Of a stretch of DNA of 19,583 nt, positions 9,498-19,583 are shown piece by piece. Position 1 is the first letter of the stretch. The number at the start of each line of letters is the position of its first letter. The stretch is taken from NCBI RefSeq assembly GCF_006345805.1, contig NW_021824227.1:1-19583 (forward strand). The letters run 5' to 3'. A program made the position numbers and the translations under genes. A model generated the notes under the pieces. It saw only the letters and a program-made list of their open reading frames with translations, did no database searches and was not told the DNA's origin. Origin of the DNA: Octopus sinensis. Lineage: Eukaryota.

Positions 9498-9900
9498 AAA
9501 TACTTTCTATTATAGGCACAAGACATGGGTTTTTGTAAGGAGGGGGCAATCGATCACATAGAGCCCTGTACTCAACTGCTACTTAATTTATCGACCCTGA
9601 AAGGATGAAAGGCAAAGTCGACCTCGGCGGAATTTGAACTCAGAACGTGGCGACAAACGAAATACCTATTTCTTTACTACCCACAAGGGGCTAAACACAA
9701 AGGAGACAAACTAGGACAGATAAACGGATTAAGTCGATTACATCGACCCCAGTGCGTAACTGGTCTTTAATTTATCGACCCCGAAAGGTTGAAAGGCAAA
9801 GTCGACCTCGGCGGAATTTGAACTCAGAACGTAACGGCAGACGAAATACCTCCAAGCATTTCGCCCGTCGTGTTAACGCTTCAGCCAGCTCGCCACCTTC
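9498..9900 (-). mobile_element. Dimeric type B SINE with 14-bp TSD
   Basis: A full monomer (~9660-9900) is fused to a 5'-truncated second monomer (~9500-9666) that has a different tail. AATAATAAGAATAA flanks it at 9484-9497 and 9901-9914. Confidence 0.88.
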
Positions 9901-10039
9901 AATAATAAGAATAATATTATAACCAGATAAGATCAGAGATGATGAAAGAAATAAAGAAAGATACAAACAACCGAAAGGAAAACAGAGTAAAACTACGAAC
10001 TGAGCTAGAGTGCATATCAGAGATATTGAAGAATGTGAC

Positions 10040-10245
10040 ATCAGAACCCTGATATGGAAATAAGGAGATTTTGAAATATAAAAATGACAACAGTTCCTCC
10101 TATGGTAATTGGTGCATTTGGCAGAATATTCTAACTGCTACCCAAGTGTCTCAAAGCTATTGGAACTAAGACTCGCTCTGCGGAGGTGTAGAAAAGTGTC
10201 GTCCTGTATTCTGCTAGAATTCTAGGAAAAGCTTTAGGGGTTTGA
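10040..10245 (+). mobile_element. C-terminal ORF remnant of an R4/Dong-like (restriction-like endonuclease) non-LTR retrotransposon
   Basis: A single frame from 10042 reads QNPDMEIRRF*NIKMTTVPPMVIGAFGRIF*LLPKCLKAIGTKTRSAEV*KSVVLYSARILGKALGV*. It matches the R4/Dong-type C-terminal pattern KYQDL..EI.RLW.....VP.VIGALG...QK.VLLG.ARILRK.L, with stops at the expected W and Q. Confidence 0.8.
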
Positions 10246-10310
10246 TATTGGAGAAGACTTGTCACTAAACTTCAAGATTAAGATTAGTATTATAATACTT
10301 TATAATACAA

Positions 10311-10580
10311 CGGCAACAACAACAGCAACAGCAGCAACAACAACAACAATAGTAGCAGCAACAGCAGCTACAACAAGACAAATAATGATCCTTCCCTACG
10401 AGGCACAATGCCTGAAATTTGGTGGGAGTGTGGCCTGGTACTTATTTTATCGAACCCCAAGTGAATGTTAAGCAAATGATGATAATAATAACAACAGCAA
10501 CAACAACAACAATGATGATGATGATCATGATGACGACGACGACGATGATTACGACGACAACGACGACGAGGATGATGATG
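10311..10580. repeat. (CAA/GCA)n, (ATG)n and (GAC)n trinucleotide tracts
   Basis: Directly visible; interrupted by a SINE tail fragment. Confidence 0.9.
10381..10475 (-). mobile_element. Type B SINE 3' tail fragment
   Basis: AATAATGATCCTTCCCTACGAGGCACAATGCCTGAAATTTGGTGGGAG...GGTACTTATTTTATCGAACCCC resembles the tail at 7498-7580. Confidence 0.6.
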
Positions 10581-10938
10581 CGTGTAGGAATTTATTACAT
10601 TTTCAATTAAATTCATTTATGAAATTCGTTAATTTTTCATCGTGTCATTCGCTATTTTGTACCCATTATGTAGCTTTTCATGTACTAGTTTCCGCAAGTC
10701 ATGTTGTGAAACCGATTGTTACTTATTTAAATTTTACACTACAGTATTGTCTTTTATTTAACATATACACAGCTCTTTCAGACATAAAACCAACTAGAAC
10801 AGGAAAGAAAATGACAAAAAAATTAACACAAAGCAAAAGTGTAAAAAAAGCAAGCGTATGGAAATCTTTTCAAAACGTAAAATGTTTTCTGACTTTCTAC
10901 TTGGCATCTTAAGAGACAGTCGAAACACACACACACAT

Positions 10939-10983
<45 letters not shown>

Positions 10984-11207
10984 GTTTAGCGTCCGCTTTC
11001 CATGCTGGCATAGGTTGGACAGTTCAACTTGGGTCTGGGAAGCCAGAAGGCTGCACTAGGCCCAGTCTGATCTGGCAGTGTTTCTACGGCTGGATGCCCT
11101 TCCTAACGCCAACCACTCCATGAGTGTAGTGGGTGCTTTTTACGTGCCACCGGTACAGGTGCCAGACGAGGCTGGCAAACGGCCACGATCGGATGGCGCT
11201 TTTTACG
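10939..11207 (-). mobile_element. 3' portion of a SINE, type D, with (ATG)n tail
   Basis: Minus strand: GTAAAAAGC(G/A)C twice, GGTTGGCGTTAGGAAGGGCATCCAGCCGTAGAAAC, GCATGGAAAGCGGACGCTAAACGATGATGATG... No tRNA head is present (5'-truncated). Confidence 0.75.
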
Positions 11208-11582
11208 GCTCACAAAAATAGATATTTAAATTCACACGCATATACAAACACAAGAACGGCCAAACATAACTACATACACAACACACACATTTAATTGTTT
11301 GGTATGTAAATAAGAAGGGTTTCTTGCAAAAGTGGGTTGAATATAAATACTTCTATGATAAAGTTAGAGAATGTGTAACAGAAATATCCTGAGAAGGAAA
11401 TACGTTAACCATTTAACAGATTTAAATGACGTAAATGCGAAAGCCAATACAGATGTTAAATAATAAGTGGTACGCTGGGGTACTGGCAAACAAGCAGGAC
11501 ACACACACGGAATATGTGCGATGGATAATGCTTACAACTCTAGCGTGGCTTTTGATCCGTAATGCTTTGGTGTAATGTAGAG

Positions 11583-11808
11583 TCTTTTACTCTTATACTC
11601 TTTTACTTGTTTCAGTCATTTGACTGCGGCCATGCTGGAGCACCGCCTTTAGTCGAGCAAATCGACCCCAGGACTTATTCTTTGTAAGCCTAGTACTTAT
11701 TCTAACGGTTTCTTTTGCCGAACCGCTAAGTTACGGGGACATAAACACACCAGCATCGGTTGCCAAGCGATGTTGTGTATGGGGGGGGACAAACACAGAC
11801 ACACAAAT

Positions 11809-11881
<73 letters not shown>

Positions 11882-12097
11882 AATACAGACACACAAACAT
11901 ATACAAACACATATATATGTATATATATACATATATACGACGGGCTTCTTTCAGTTTCCGTCTACCAAATCCACTCACAAGGCTTTTGTCGGCCCGAGGC
12001 TATAGTATGACACTTGCCCAAGGTACCATACAGTGAGAATGAACCCGGAACCATGTGGTTGGCAAGCAAGCTACTACCACACAACCACTCCTGCGAC
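11583..12097 (-). mobile_element. Full-length type A SINE
   Basis: Tail (TACTCTT) repeats, the full body with central CA/TA tract, and the head ending ACCACACAACCACTCCTGCG; homologous to 1162-1557. Confidence 0.93.
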
Positions 12098-12123
12098 TGT
12101 CTGTCAACCGTAGAGAAGATGCT

Positions 12124-12313
12124 GATTGCAGTATTGTGGATAGCCTCCAAATTTTCCCATTATCTATAGCCTTATCCACTTCAAGTTCCACAGTTTTAAT
12201 CGATTCATTTCACATCTCTCGGAGTTTCAAAATTCTTCTGTCGTAAACTTCATATATGTAAGAGAATGACCATTGAAAAGTTGATAATACTGCTGGTGCC
12301 CAAGCACAGCCAC
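12124..12313 (+). repeat. Copy 1 of a ~190-bp direct repeat
   Basis: Aligns to 13232-13460 at about 80% by hand count (CCATTATCTATAGC, AGTTCCACAGTTTTAA, CGTAAACTT.ATATATGTAAG, CCATTGAAA). Confidence 0.9.
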
Positions 12314-13231
12314 CAGAAAATGGTTCTTACACTATTTGTATATAGTCATAGACTGGCGATTTGATTCGTCCCCGGTTCGATTCAAGATATTGATAAGCTA
12401 CAAAAATGTCGAAATATCGGTACCCATCACTCCCGAATGGCATTGGAGGTGAGATGTCACACCTGTCTATGACTTACATGTGGTTTAACACCCAGTGCAA
12501 TGACGGAGTCGTCCCCCAAGCGCTGTACCGTAACATACCGGCGAATAAGCAAAGCACATACGTGGAGTATGTGTGGTCGATAATGTTTACAACAATAGCG
12601 CTGCTTTTAATTCCTAATTGAATTAAATATACAGCACTTAGGAACGAATTTTCAGTTACATCCTCAAAGACGCATGAGTTATCCTGTCTTGGATGACGTG
12701 ATCTACAGAAGTTATAAGAAGTTCCTGGAATGCACTACCAGAAGCTAGGATCTTTTGATATCAGATACTATCACCCAGTTGATCCACTCGAGGGTTGACT
12801 ATGTCCCAAATTGCTTCCGGATAGTATTAAACCACCGGTCTGCCAACTAGTGGACTTTTCCGAAGATACATCCGGTCATAGAATGCAGGCACCCCGCCAC
12901 TTTGCTGCATCGATAACGCCAAGCCTAGTTACGGCATAGCAGAGTAAACGCCATACTAAACTTCAACAGCCTATTCTAGCTGACATGCAAAGCGGCCACC
13001 AGCCCCCATTTCTGCATATCTCTGTCAGCCACTGGTAATGGCAAGATTTTCATCCATACGAATTAATATTTTCATGTCCCCGAGAAAGAAAGTTATTCAT
13101 TTGCTCTGTAAAGATGACAATCGTTGGACCAAACAACAGCAGCAAACATACACGCGCGCGCTTTCTTATACATATATGTATATTTGCATGCTTTGGCATA
13201 ATGTAGAAGGCGTGTCATTTTTACAGATCTG

Positions 13232-13460
13232 GATTGCACTATTGTGGGTAGCCTTCAAAATTTTCCGTCCAAGGGATTTTTATAAACAACATCATTCTAC
13301 ATGCCATTATCTATAGCTTTATTTACTTCGAGTTCCACAGTTTTAAACGACTCATTTTTTCTCTCTCGAAGTTTCAACATTCTTATGACGTAAACTTTAT
13401 ATATGTAAGTGAATGGCCATTGAAACGCTGGAAATACTGGCGGTGTCCCAGCATGGCCAC
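13232..13460 (+). repeat. Copy 2 of the direct repeat (with a ~38-bp extra segment)
   Basis: See copy 1. Ends GGCGGTGTCCCAGCATGGCCAC, similar to the type A SINE tail. Confidence 0.9.
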
Positions 13461-13489
13461 TGCCTTTGGGCTCAAGCACATAACAGTTT

Positions 13490-13573
13490 ATATGTATGTA
13501 TGTGTGTTCGTTGTGTGTCTGAGTGTAAGTGTGTATATAATATGTATTATATATATTAATACATGAATGTATG

Positions 13574-13626
<53 letters not shown>

Positions 13627-13665
13627 ACGTATGTACGTATAGGATGTATATATGTATGTATGTAT
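13490..13665. repeat. (TATG)n/(TA)n microsatellite
   Basis: Directly visible. Confidence 0.9.
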
Positions 13666-14070
13666 GATTGATTGCTTATTTAATTGATTGATGACAATAA
13701 AATAGAAGTATCACACTCTTTCCACATAAAAATTCTTTAATATATAAATATATACATACATACAGATACAAATATTTTCAAATAAAAATTTTTAATTGCA
13801 CAAGGCTAATTTAGGGAGCTTGTTATAATGCTGACGGGGAGGAGGGAATTAAATTGAAATAGTTAGGGTCCAGTGGAAACTCTTCATAGATCAAAGCCTC
13901 TCCACAATCCCCACCTCTTTCTGTCTATATCTTTCTCTCTATATGTATCTACCTATTCATCTCTCCCGCTTTAAGCTTTGGATTAGCTCTGATGGTTCAG
14001 CCCTTTGATCGAGGCTATTTTGATTGTGACTATTCTATACTTTTATTAAAAACTAGTATATGGACTAGAG

Positions 14071-15032
<962 letters not shown>

Positions 15033-15489
15033 GATTAGGGGGTAAAGTTAGTCTCCTATTTCTTGCTGACTGAGCATCGATATATTTGTTAACTGTTAAG
15101 TAATTTTTTGTGTTGTTTTGATATTACTGCTATTTGTTGTTGTTGTTGCTGTTGTTGTTGCTGAGCCCCTGGTCAGGCTCGGGTCGACAAGTTCATTTAT
15201 GTTCAAATGCATATTCCATACATTCCACCCACGACCGCCCACGATAATTTTGTGGCTGCTGCAATTCTACGACTGCACCTGTCTGATGTTTATCCATATT
15301 TTCTTTTTAATCAGTGGTGATACAATTTCAGGTAGATTTTAGCTGCTATATCTAGCAATTTGAATGAGCCTGTAGAGGACACCTCCACCGGATTGTCGAA
15401 AGAGTAATTTGTTAAATAGGAGTGCCATCAAGATTGTTCCCCTCACCTCTTTCTCCCCATCTTTCTCTCTATATGTGTGGTTTGTATGT

Positions 15490-15492
15490 ATG

Positions 15493-15540
<48 letters not shown>

Positions 15541-15591
15541 ATGTATGTACACACATATATATATATATATTATATATATATATATTATGTA

Positions 15592-15653
<62 letters not shown>

Positions 15654-15703
15654 CATACATACACACATATATAATACACATACAGACATATATAATATAA
15701 TAA

Positions 15704-15746
<43 letters not shown>

Positions 15747-15805
15747 CATACATCTATATATATATATCACATATATAATATATATACACACACACATACA
15801 CACAC
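15490..15805. repeat. (TA)n/(TG)n/(TC)n/(CA)n compound microsatellite
   Basis: Directly visible. Confidence 0.93.
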
Positions 15806-16004
15806 ACCCTAACCGTCCACCCGGCTCGGTTTACCAATATGTCAACATACACATTTATCTTCCCATAATTCCCAATGCGTTGCACTCTCTTGTCTTCTTA
15901 CTCTCCTTCTTTGTTACATCCTATCCGTCTTGTTTGCTTATTTTTCTCTTTCTTTCATTCGTTCATTCTTATTCCATGATTTCTCGTTTCTCATCAATCT
16001 TGTT

Positions 16005-16700
16005 GATTGTGTGTATGTGTGTGTATATATGTGTGTGCGTATGTTTGTGAGTGTGCTGTGCTCTGTTCCTGTGTCTGTGTATATAGGTATGTTTTATATG
16101 CTTGTATATGTATATGCGTGTGTATGCGTGTACATTCAGTGTTGGATAGAGATGCTTCATATAATGGGTGTTTGATGCTGTATGTGTGTGTGTGTGTTCA
16201 GGTGTATTTGAGTGTATATCAGTGTGGCTGTGTTGATACAATGTATGGCTCATTCGATGTGTGTGGTGGGTTTCGTTAATGTTGTTATTGTTATGTGAAT
16301 ATGTTATTTTACTTAATCGTATATGGAGATGCGATGGTCTGTGTATGCGTGTGTGTGAGTGTCTGTTTATACATTTACTGACTTTCAGAAGTGGCGTTTC
16401 ATATAGTTTGTGGTTGATATTTAGTGTGTGTGTATGTATGCGTGTGTGTGCGTGTGCATGCGTGTGTGTGTCTGTGTGTATGTGTGTGTATACCCTTAGT
16501 GTAGTGTAGAGGTGATGTTACATATAGTGTGTAATTGATGTTTGATGTTTGTGTGTGTTTGCAGGTATATATATATATGTACATACATTGATGTAGCTGC
16601 GTTGATTCATATATTGTATATTTGATGTACTACATGTGTGTGTGTATGTGTGTAGTTATTGTTCTGTGAATGTATGCTTTCTCACAATCGTACAACCTGT
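16005..16700. repeat. Degenerate (TG)/(TA)-rich low-complexity region
   Basis: Dispersed GTGT/GTAT runs; the ORFs here are Val/Cys/Tyr repeat artefacts. Confidence 0.75.
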
Positions 16701-16847
16701 GGCTGCGGTAGCCTGTGTGGTGGAACGGAGTGTATCCATGTGTGTGTCTACCTAGTATTGTACGGTGCTTTGCTTCATGTAATGTATGATTGCTATTTTT
16801 GTACGTCTGTTTCTGCGTTCGAGCATACTTCCAATAACTTAGACGTT

Positions 16848-16944
16848 ATTTGAACTCAGAACGTAGCGGCAGGAATTTGAACTCAGAACGTAGCGGCAGG
16901 CGAAATACCGCTAAGCATAACGTTTCTGCCAGCTCGCCGCCTTC
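16848..16944 (-). mobile_element. Type B SINE head-only fragment with tandemly duplicated B-box segment
   Basis: ATTTGAACTCAGAACGTAGCGGCAGG occurs at 16848-16873 and 16875-16900, followed by CGAAATACCGCTAAGCAT/AACGTTTCTGCCAGCTCGCCGCCTTC. Confidence 0.88.
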
Positions 16945-17000
16945 ACATATACATAACAATATTAAGATATGCTATCATTTATGTATTTGCGTGCGTGCCC

Positions 17001-17075
17001 TTGCTTACCAACCACACGTCTAAAGGGGGGCTCCAGCATGGCCGCAGTCAAATGACTGAAACAAGTAAAAGAATA
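17001..17075 (+). mobile_element. Type A SINE with large internal deletion
   Basis: Head piece TTGCTTACCAACCACA is joined almost directly to the tail CTAAAGGGGGGCTCCAGCATGGCCGCAGTCAAATGACTGAAACAAGTAAAAGA. Confidence 0.8.
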
Positions 17076-17432
17076 TGTATATGTAGAAAGATAGATAGAT
17101 AATCATTCTTAGAACGGTGAATGCCGAGAAAGAAAGATCAAAGTAAAATATTGAGATTGATAGAGAGATGGAGAAAGAGAATAGAGAGCAATAATGATAA
17201 AACTATAGTAAAAGCGTGTAAATATTGGGTTAAAAATTCGTTTGGATAAAAAAATTTTTTAATGTCGAAGGACGCCAGTGGGGCGGGAACGTACATCTGC
17301 TGTAAAAATGACAGACGTTCTACTACCGGACCAAAGTAATCTTTCAACTGAGAAGGGAAAATGAACCATGACCAGTGGAATGCAAAACCAGTATCTAGTA
17401 ATAATAAATAATCTCACTCCTTCAACACATCT

Positions 17433-17778
17433 GTGAAGGCGCGTGGCTCAGTGGTTAGAGCGTCGAGCTTACGATCGTGAGGTTGTGAGCTCGAATCCCG
17501 GACCGGGCTGCGTGTTGTGTTCCTGAGCAAGACACTTTATTTCACGTTGCTCCAGTTCACTCAGCTGTAGAAATGAGTTGCGACGTCACATGTGCCAAGC
17601 TATATCGGCCCCTTTGTCTTTCCTTTGGATAACATCGGTAACGTGGAGAGAGGAGGCCGGTATGCATGGGCGACTGCTGGTCTTCCATAAAAAAGAACAA
17701 CAACCTTGCCCAGACTTGTGCCTCAGAGGGTAACTCTCTAGGTGTAAAGCTATGGTCAGTGTCTGACCGAAGGGGGTC
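17433..17778 (+). mobile_element. Full-length tRNA-derived SINE, type C (V-SINE-like core)
   Basis: A box TGGCTCAGTGG, B box GCTCGAATCC, GAGCAAGACACTTTATTTCACGTTGCTCCAGTTCACTCAGCTGTAGAAATGAGT core, and a non-tRNA body ending GACCGAAGGGGGTC. Confidence 0.9.
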
Positions 17779-18120
17779 ACCACCACCAACACATCTTATT
17801 TAAATTGCTAATTACAATTAAGCGCAGTGATTAGATGATGAGTTCCAAGTAACCGAAGAGCAAAATACAATTGCTTGCTTACTAATTAGTATCCAACAAA
17901 AAGTAAACAAATCTCGGTTATTTATTTTCATTATTATAATTAGCTTAATTTTAAAGTACACGGGATCTGGGAATATCAAACTTGTACGAAGTCGTTCATA
18001 ATATTATTTGAAAGTAATGGAGATCTCTTGCAGTACAGCTTTTTGCTCAAAATCTCTAAAAATGTTAACTCTCTTTTTCATATGTGACTCTTGTTGGTTA
18101 CTAGGTTAATCAGGCACTGC

Positions 18121-18195
18121 GTATGTATGTATGTATGTATGTATGTATGTATGTATGTATGTACATATGTATGCATGTATGCATGTATGTATGTA
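18121..18195. repeat. (TATG)n microsatellite
   Basis: Directly visible. Confidence 0.95.
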
Positions 18196-18299
18196 TATTT
18201 TTCGATATGCGTACACACACACACGCCTATACACACACATCAAAAATATGAATTCCTAGGTCAACACTTCACGAGACACACTTTGATAACATCATAGAT

Positions 18300-18538
18300 G
18301 TGTGCGTGTGTGTGGGGAGGGAAATATGTGCATGTGTATTTGCGTGTGTGCGTGTGTGTGTGTGTGCGTCCATGTGTGTGTGTGTGTGTGTATGAGTTTG
18401 TATCTATAAGTTCTGGCTTTACCATGGCCAATGAAATGAATCCGAGGCGTGTTCATTGCCACTTGAAAAACTATATTTACACATACACACGCACACAAGC
18501 ATGCACACACAAACACACACATAAATGTATGCATATAT

Positions 18539-18589
<51 letters not shown>

Positions 18590-18590
18590 C

Positions 18591-18629
<39 letters not shown>

Positions 18630-18644
18630 TATACATATACATAT

Positions 18645-18690
<46 letters not shown>
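18300..18690. repeat. (TG)n, (CA)n and (TA)n tracts around a short unique island
   Basis: Directly visible. Confidence 0.9.
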
Positions 18691-18691
<1 letters not shown>

Positions 18692-18837
18692 AGCATACTT
18701 GCACATAAACACTCTTATGCGTAGAGTTAGAATATTATATTGTAGACCGCATGTAAATTCGCTGTTACTAACTAATACGGTTGCTTAGCAGTCTGTCCAT
18801 ATGCATGGAATACACATCGAATAGATGTATTTAACAC

Positions 18838-18918
18838 TACCACTATCACCAGCACAAGCATCATCATCATCACCACCACTACCACCATGACCATCACCGT
18901 CACCACCACAACCATCAA
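18838..18918. repeat. (CAC/CAT)n trinucleotide tract
   Basis: Directly visible. Confidence 0.85.
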
Positions 18919-19059
18919 CACTCCTGTACACTCTCTAATCATACTACACTTGAACTTGTAATATTATGGGCTGCTCAGTAAGACTGGCGGTTTACACGAC
19001 AGTAGCAATGGCCGCTATATACAGTTTTTCCGACCTTCCGTTATTGGAGTCTATTCTCT

Positions 19060-19065
19060 TGTTGC

Positions 19066-19096
<31 letters not shown>

Positions 19097-19290
19097 CTTC
19101 TTCTTCTTCTTCTTCTTCTTCTTCTTCTTCTTCTTCTTCTTCTTCTTCTTCTTCTTCTTCTTCTCTTCTTCTTCTTCTCTCTTCTTCTCTCTCTCTCTCT
19201 CTTCTTCTCTCTTTCTTCTTCTTCTTCTTCTGCTCTCTCTCTCCCTCTCTTTGTTATTCTCCGTATTCTCTCGCTTCCTCTCTGTGTGTG

Positions 19291-19341
<51 letters not shown>

Positions 19342-19345
19342 GTAT
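19060..19345. repeat. (GTT)n-(CTT)n-(CT)n-(CA)n-(TA)n compound microsatellite
   Basis: Directly visible; explains the poly-Leu/Phe/Lys/Arg ORFs. Confidence 0.95.
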
Positions 19346-19480
19346 ACACTTACATGTATATGTGTGTGCGTGTTTGCGTATTTGTGCGCGTTTGTGTGTG
19401 TGTGCTTGCGCGAATTTTCGCGCGCACATGTTTGTAACTAATTAACTAAGTATGTATACATATGTGTATATCTATTAGTG

Positions 19481-19570
19481 GATCTATCTATCTATCTATC
19501 TATCATCTATCTATCTATCTATCTATCTATCTCATCTATCTATCTATCTATCTATCCTCTCTCTCTCTCT
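19481..19570. repeat. (ATCT)n then (CT)n microsatellite
   Basis: Directly visible. Confidence 0.95.
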
Positions 19571-19583
19571 CGCTCTGTATATA

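Noticed and set aside
7456-9914. Regularly recurring GTCGAC/GAACTCAG repeats resembling a CRISPR-like array
   Set aside because: They are dispersed SINE copies in eukaryotic DNA, with no constant repeat-spacer period and no cas genes.
12700-12900. WNALPE (plus) and GRP..W (minus) motifs suggesting a LINE ORF2 end
   Set aside because: Isolated short motifs without the flanking conserved residues; compatible with chance.
17180-17350. Acceptor-like TTTTCCCTTCTCAG before ORF 17138..17347 (minus)
   Set aside because: The peptide is unrecognisable, the donor is weak, and the frame runs into low-complexity sequence.
17436-17510. tRNA-like sequence with A and B boxes
   Set aside because: It continues into a SINE body and lacks a closing acceptor stem, so it is a SINE head rather than a tRNA gene. 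The same applies to the other SINE heads.

Overview
AT-rich, microsatellite-dense eukaryotic intergenic or intronic DNA. The SINE types and repeat style strongly suggest an octopus (coleoid cephalopod) genome; this is inference from recalled repeat families, not a database result. I found no intact protein-coding gene, and nearly all ORFs in the supplied track are translations of simple repeats. The window is a layered transposon graveyard. It holds a near-full-length decayed mariner (minus, ~437-2123) interrupted by a SINE, a 159-bp internally deleted maT-like Tc1/mariner, and a decayed DUF4817-HTH-type Tc1/mariner (~5805-7262) with nested insertions. It also holds the C-terminal end of an R4/Dong-like non-LTR ORF (10040-10245), about 15 copies or fragments of four tRNA-derived SINE types (my labels A-D), and a ~190-bp direct repeat pair around a unique ~0.9-kb core. 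The most notable structure is a hAT/Charlie-like non-autonomous DNA transposon (14071-15032; 15-bp imperfect TIRs, degenerate 8-bp TSD) that encloses a full-length, intronless, H3.2-type histone H3 pseudogene. It is a candidate 'Pack-hAT' histone gene capture, although later insertion of H3 into an older element cannot be excluded.
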